A DNA stretch of 64,000 nt, taken from assembly GCA_028534125.1 (NCBI GenBank), contig CM052847.1, forward strand, positions 23,126,001-23,190,000, in the 5' to 3' direction. The notes below the pieces were generated by a model. The model was not told the DNA's origin. It worked only from the letters and a program-made list of their open reading frames with translations, and searched no databases. The translations under genes and the position numbers were made by a program. The DNA comes from Lama glama (Eukaryota). Of the stretch, positions 60,016 to 64,000 are shown one piece after another (position 1 is the first letter of the stretch; each line of letters starts with the position of its first letter).

Positions 60016-63000
60016 GTCTGGGGTGGAGGGGTCACATGGCACAGTGAGGCTGGAACCCAGGGTCTCAGCTCACATCTGAGCCGGGACACGAGATGCTCCC
60101 GCCTGCTCCTCGCGCCTCTCCACCTCTTGGAATAGCAGTGGTGTCCGCCCAGTACTTCGAGAAGCCCTGTCAGTCTCAGCTGCTGCCTGGCCCTCATCAC
60201 ACGTGTCCCGGGAGGTGGACCAGATCCTGTCCATCGTCCCTGCATAGGACTGTTGTGACAGCGTCTTGTCACCTCCACGTGCTGGGCAGAAGTGAGGTCC
60301 CTGAAAGCCACCCGACCCTGACTCCTGCCTAAAACCCTTCAGTGTTGAATATTCCTGCCGTGCCATCAAGTTGCGACATTCTGCTCATTATTCAGATACT
60401 CGAAGTGCAGCTACCTGGAGTGTTGGCTCTGAACCCAACACCCTGGGTCCTCTGAGCTGCGTTTGCCAAGGACCAAAAGCACTAGGTAGAAGTGACACGA
60501 CCAAGCCCCGGGGTTACCAAGACCTTCAGTTCCCAGGTGACGCCAGAGGGGTGGGTTTCAGGGATTTCTGGCCCCCTGCCCCCACGAGCACGTTCTCCTC
60601 CCTTGGTCAGCCTCAGGCTCCCTGGCAGGCACTTGGCTCTGGTCCGTCTCCCCTGGGACTGCCTGCTCTGTACTGAAACTGCTCCCTCCACCTCTGCCCT
60701 CGGAGAATGTTGTTTTCCTAGTCCAGCCCTTCCTCCTGGATGTTGGGGTCAGTGGAGTCTGAGACCAGCAGGTGTAGGCGTTGTGGACACTTGGGTTTGG
60801 AAGTGGTCTTCAGAGCTGCCAGCCCTGCTCACACACAGAAGGTCTCCAGATTGGCTGCCAGCTCGCTGCTTCTCTTGCCCTCAGGTCACTGCATGTGATG
60901 AAATGGCCCCCTCTCAGTTCCGCCTCCCTCCTCTGGTCCTACGTCACCACGGCGGGCTGTGTCTCAAAACATTCCTCTGAGAGCAGGGGTCCACACCCCT
61001 TTGCCGCTGGGAGTGGGTCACAGGCTGGATCTGCCCGTCCATCGGAGCCTGGGGAGCGCAGGTGCACGTGGACTCTCGCAGCGCCCTGAGCGGGGCTTGT
61101 ACCGCTGCCTCTGTGGGTTTGGCTTTGGGGCTGACCTGTGTGAGGCAAGTTTGTAGCACTGTCCATTTACAAGTGTTGTTTTTGCATGAAAAAGATGTTT
61201 GATTATGGTTTGAAAATGTCCCTTCTTCTCGTCTCAAAAACCAGACAAGCACCATACTCACATCTGAGCCCTAAGAAGAGGCTGGTCTCTGAGAGGAGAA
61301 CTTGGGCGTGCGTCTCTGCCCAGTTTCTGCAGTGACGGTGAAGTTTTAAGGGTGCGATTAACTGCCACAAACTATGGTTTTACCCCCTAAAGAAAATTCT
61401 GGAAGGGGTTAGCGTCCTCACTCACAGTAATGAAAGGTGTTTTCTTCTATCAGAGCCCACGCCTGGATTGTAGAAACAACATCTCCAAGTTGGTAAAGTC
61501 TTCAGCCTAATTTCTGGGGCGTCACAGGCTGAACGCGTTGGGATTACCTGCAGACTTTTGTTGGTCGGTGGCGATGAGAGAGAAGCAGAAACCACGGCTC
61601 TTCTGAGGGATATGTTCCCTTGTTTTCTGGTGAACACGGGGCATTTACTTGGCTTTTTCTCAATGAGGACAAGGAATCTCCAGGTGACCCGCACTGTAGT
61701 GCCTTTTCCTCTTGCTGCTGAAACGTGTTCTGCGGGTTCTGAGAGCTCCGGCCAAGGGTCTCTTCATGTTCTCGTGTCTGTTCACACAAACGCTGTTTAA
61801 CAAAACCTGTGTTGTAGACACTTGAAGCTGAATACCCCTTTTATTATACAACAGATGAACAATAAGTGTTTTGTGGTAGGGCCTTTAAAAATGATTTTAG
61901 CCTTTTCCTTGAAATAAAATAACTAGTTGTTGGGTTAATCGTGTTAAAAGAGAAGAAGGAAGTAGATCCCACCAGGTACTCAGTGAAATTTCAGAAATAG
62001 TTGAGGCTGAATTCATCTGATCTCCTTTTAGAAGATGACGTTTGCCTTTGGGTATTCAGTGAACAGTCTTTAGGTTAATTCCCAAAGTTTCTTACCATTT
62101 ATCTTTACGTTTTTAGCTTGCATCTTATGCTTGGAATCTAAATGTGTTGTTTGGAAGTTCATGGCATTCATATTTCTTCAGTGTTCATGCACACTATGGG
62201 AGGTGGGTAGGGAGGAGGTAGGGCATGTAGGTTAGAGGTCTTCACGCTGGACTTTGGGTTTCATGGGCCCGCGGTTGTCAAATGAGGCAGCTGGATTACA
62301 TGACCTGGAGGTCCGTTCAGCCCTTTCAGGATGGCACTTCTGTGTGGCCCTGGGTGACCTGCTGGTGAGCAGCCATTGGCGGTCAGCTGGTGTGCGGTCC
62401 TCCCTCCAGCTCTGAAGAGGGTGGTGAGACTGCCTTGACGTGGCTTTGTCCCTCTTCTGCCATCCTGGTCTTGCTGTCCTATGGTGTGGGACGTTCCTCG
62501 TGAGCCCAGGAGCTGGCCAGGAGACTGGTTTCGAGGATCTCGTAGATACTGGGGGGCTCCCTCTCGAGTAAGCTGATCCTTCCATGAATTGCTTTAACTT
62601 CTGCTTTTGCCACGTATTATGTTCAGACAGGGTGTCTTGGTAAGTCCTTGCCTGTTCTGTGTGCGTGGCTGCTAATTCTAACCATTTCAGTGAAGCGTCA
62701 CTTCTGCTGGAATCCCAGAGCCAGGGTTAGCCCTGCCACGGGGAGAAGTCAGCTTCTGCTCTCTGAACCCAGTTTATTACCAGGAGAGGCAGTGCTCTGT
62801 GGAGCCTGATTTGGGCTGGCTTGTCCTTCCTTCACTTACTTCATTTCTGGGGTCCTGGTTTCACAGGGCCTTGTCACTTTGTTTTAAGAAGCAGGGACAT
62901 GGGATCATGCTTGCCTCTGATGCAGAAACTTTGAAGGCGTTGCAAAGTGCCCATGGGGGAGGCCTGCCCTGAGAGAAAGGCAGACATCCCTGGGCTGGTG

Positions 63001-64000
63001 TTTTGCCAGTGACAGTTTGAGATAAACTGCAAACCCACTAGCCATGCCAAGGATGCCTGCAGCCACTCCCCGCCTGACTGCAGGCACGTTGCTCGGTTTA
63101 CGTGCTGTCACGTTTGGATAGCAGTGAAGATTCTCCCCTGGGTATTCTCACACTTAAGAAAGTGAAACACAAGCCCCTTTGAGTTTGAGGAAGGAGCCTG
63201 TGAGACCAGAGCAGAGGATCAGGATGCGGGGGTGCGGGCGGTTCCAGGCACAGCAGGGGCGGGGGCAGGAGGGGACGAGGAACCCAGGTTCCACTGACTG
63301 TGTCCCCATGGTGCCTGACAGGATTTGATCATCATCCAGGGGAAATGCGTGTCATAATCGTGCGTGTGCTTTGCAGGGTGGCCCTTTGTATCAAGGAAGA
63401 GAAAGTCCATATTGTGATGCTCATTGATTTAAGGCCTGAACCAAAGGCTTATGCTCAATTTAGGGTCTCTTGGCATCTTGGGAGGCAGGGACCCTGCTCC
63501 AGCTGCCCTTGTCGGGGCGAGATGGGAGACCACCTGGGGCATCCCTGAGTCAGTGCTGCTCAAACACCACTGTCTTGTTTTCATGTAGAAACAAAACACT
63601 ACCCCTGAGCTGATTCACCGGGCAGCCTTGGCCCCTTGTCTGGAAGGACACGTGGAGTTTTCCTTGGGGGTGACTGCCTGTTAGGTCAGCTTCTTCCAGC
63701 CTTGCCTTGACCGTGGGTGCAGAGGGGTCCGGGGAGGAGGCCTGCTGTGGCCCGTGGGGTGACATTGGCTCTCTGGAGCTGCAGGGTGAGGCTGAAGGAG
63801 GGGCATCCTTGCCCTGCAGGGCGTGTGTAGGGAATCAGCAGGGACCCTCGGGGACACTGGGCAGGTGCACACTCAGGCCTCGCTCACAGTTCCTTCCGTG
63901 TCTTCATACAGAGAAAGGAGGGAAACTGGGGTCAGTCAGTCCCTATGGGTGTAAGTTCTGTCCTTGTGACATCCCAGCTGTTGTCAGGGATATTATTTAT

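Larger units (their letters stand above)
95..64000 (+). other. DIP2C: DIP2C intron 1 (partial, continues beyond the window)
   Basis: GT donor at 95. No sequence encoding exon 2 (DITQKGYEKKRSKL) found by eye. Content is fossil repeats and unique non-coding DNA. DIP2C intron 1 is known to be very long in mammals. Confidence 0.88.

Overview
Mammalian genomic DNA, not prokaryotic. The window starts at the first coding exon of DIP2C (ATG at 10, MADRSLEGMALPLEVRARLAELELELSE-G, phase-1 donor GAAG|GTAACA after base 94), inside a CpG island. The remaining ~63.9 kb appears to be part of its very long first intron; I did not find exon 2 (GDITQKGYEKKR...). A tRNA-Ala-derived SINE resembling the camelid vic-1 family suggests a camelid genome (inference). 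The intron is GC- and CpG-rich and carries fossil repeats: L1 pieces (one with a twin-priming 5' inversion, several with visible target-site duplications), MaLR MLT1 LTRs, hAT MER elements, MIR/L2 relics and simple repeats. The ORF-track entries other than exon 1 look like chance ORFs or L1 remnants. I see no convincing new biological system. The best leads are a possible alternative phase-1 DIP2C exon at ~34.7-34.85 kb, marked AT-to-GC drift in the old L1 copies, and a Pbx-Hox motif cluster at ~45.1 kb. Repeat family names come from recalled consensus sequences and need RepeatMasker/Dfam confirmation.
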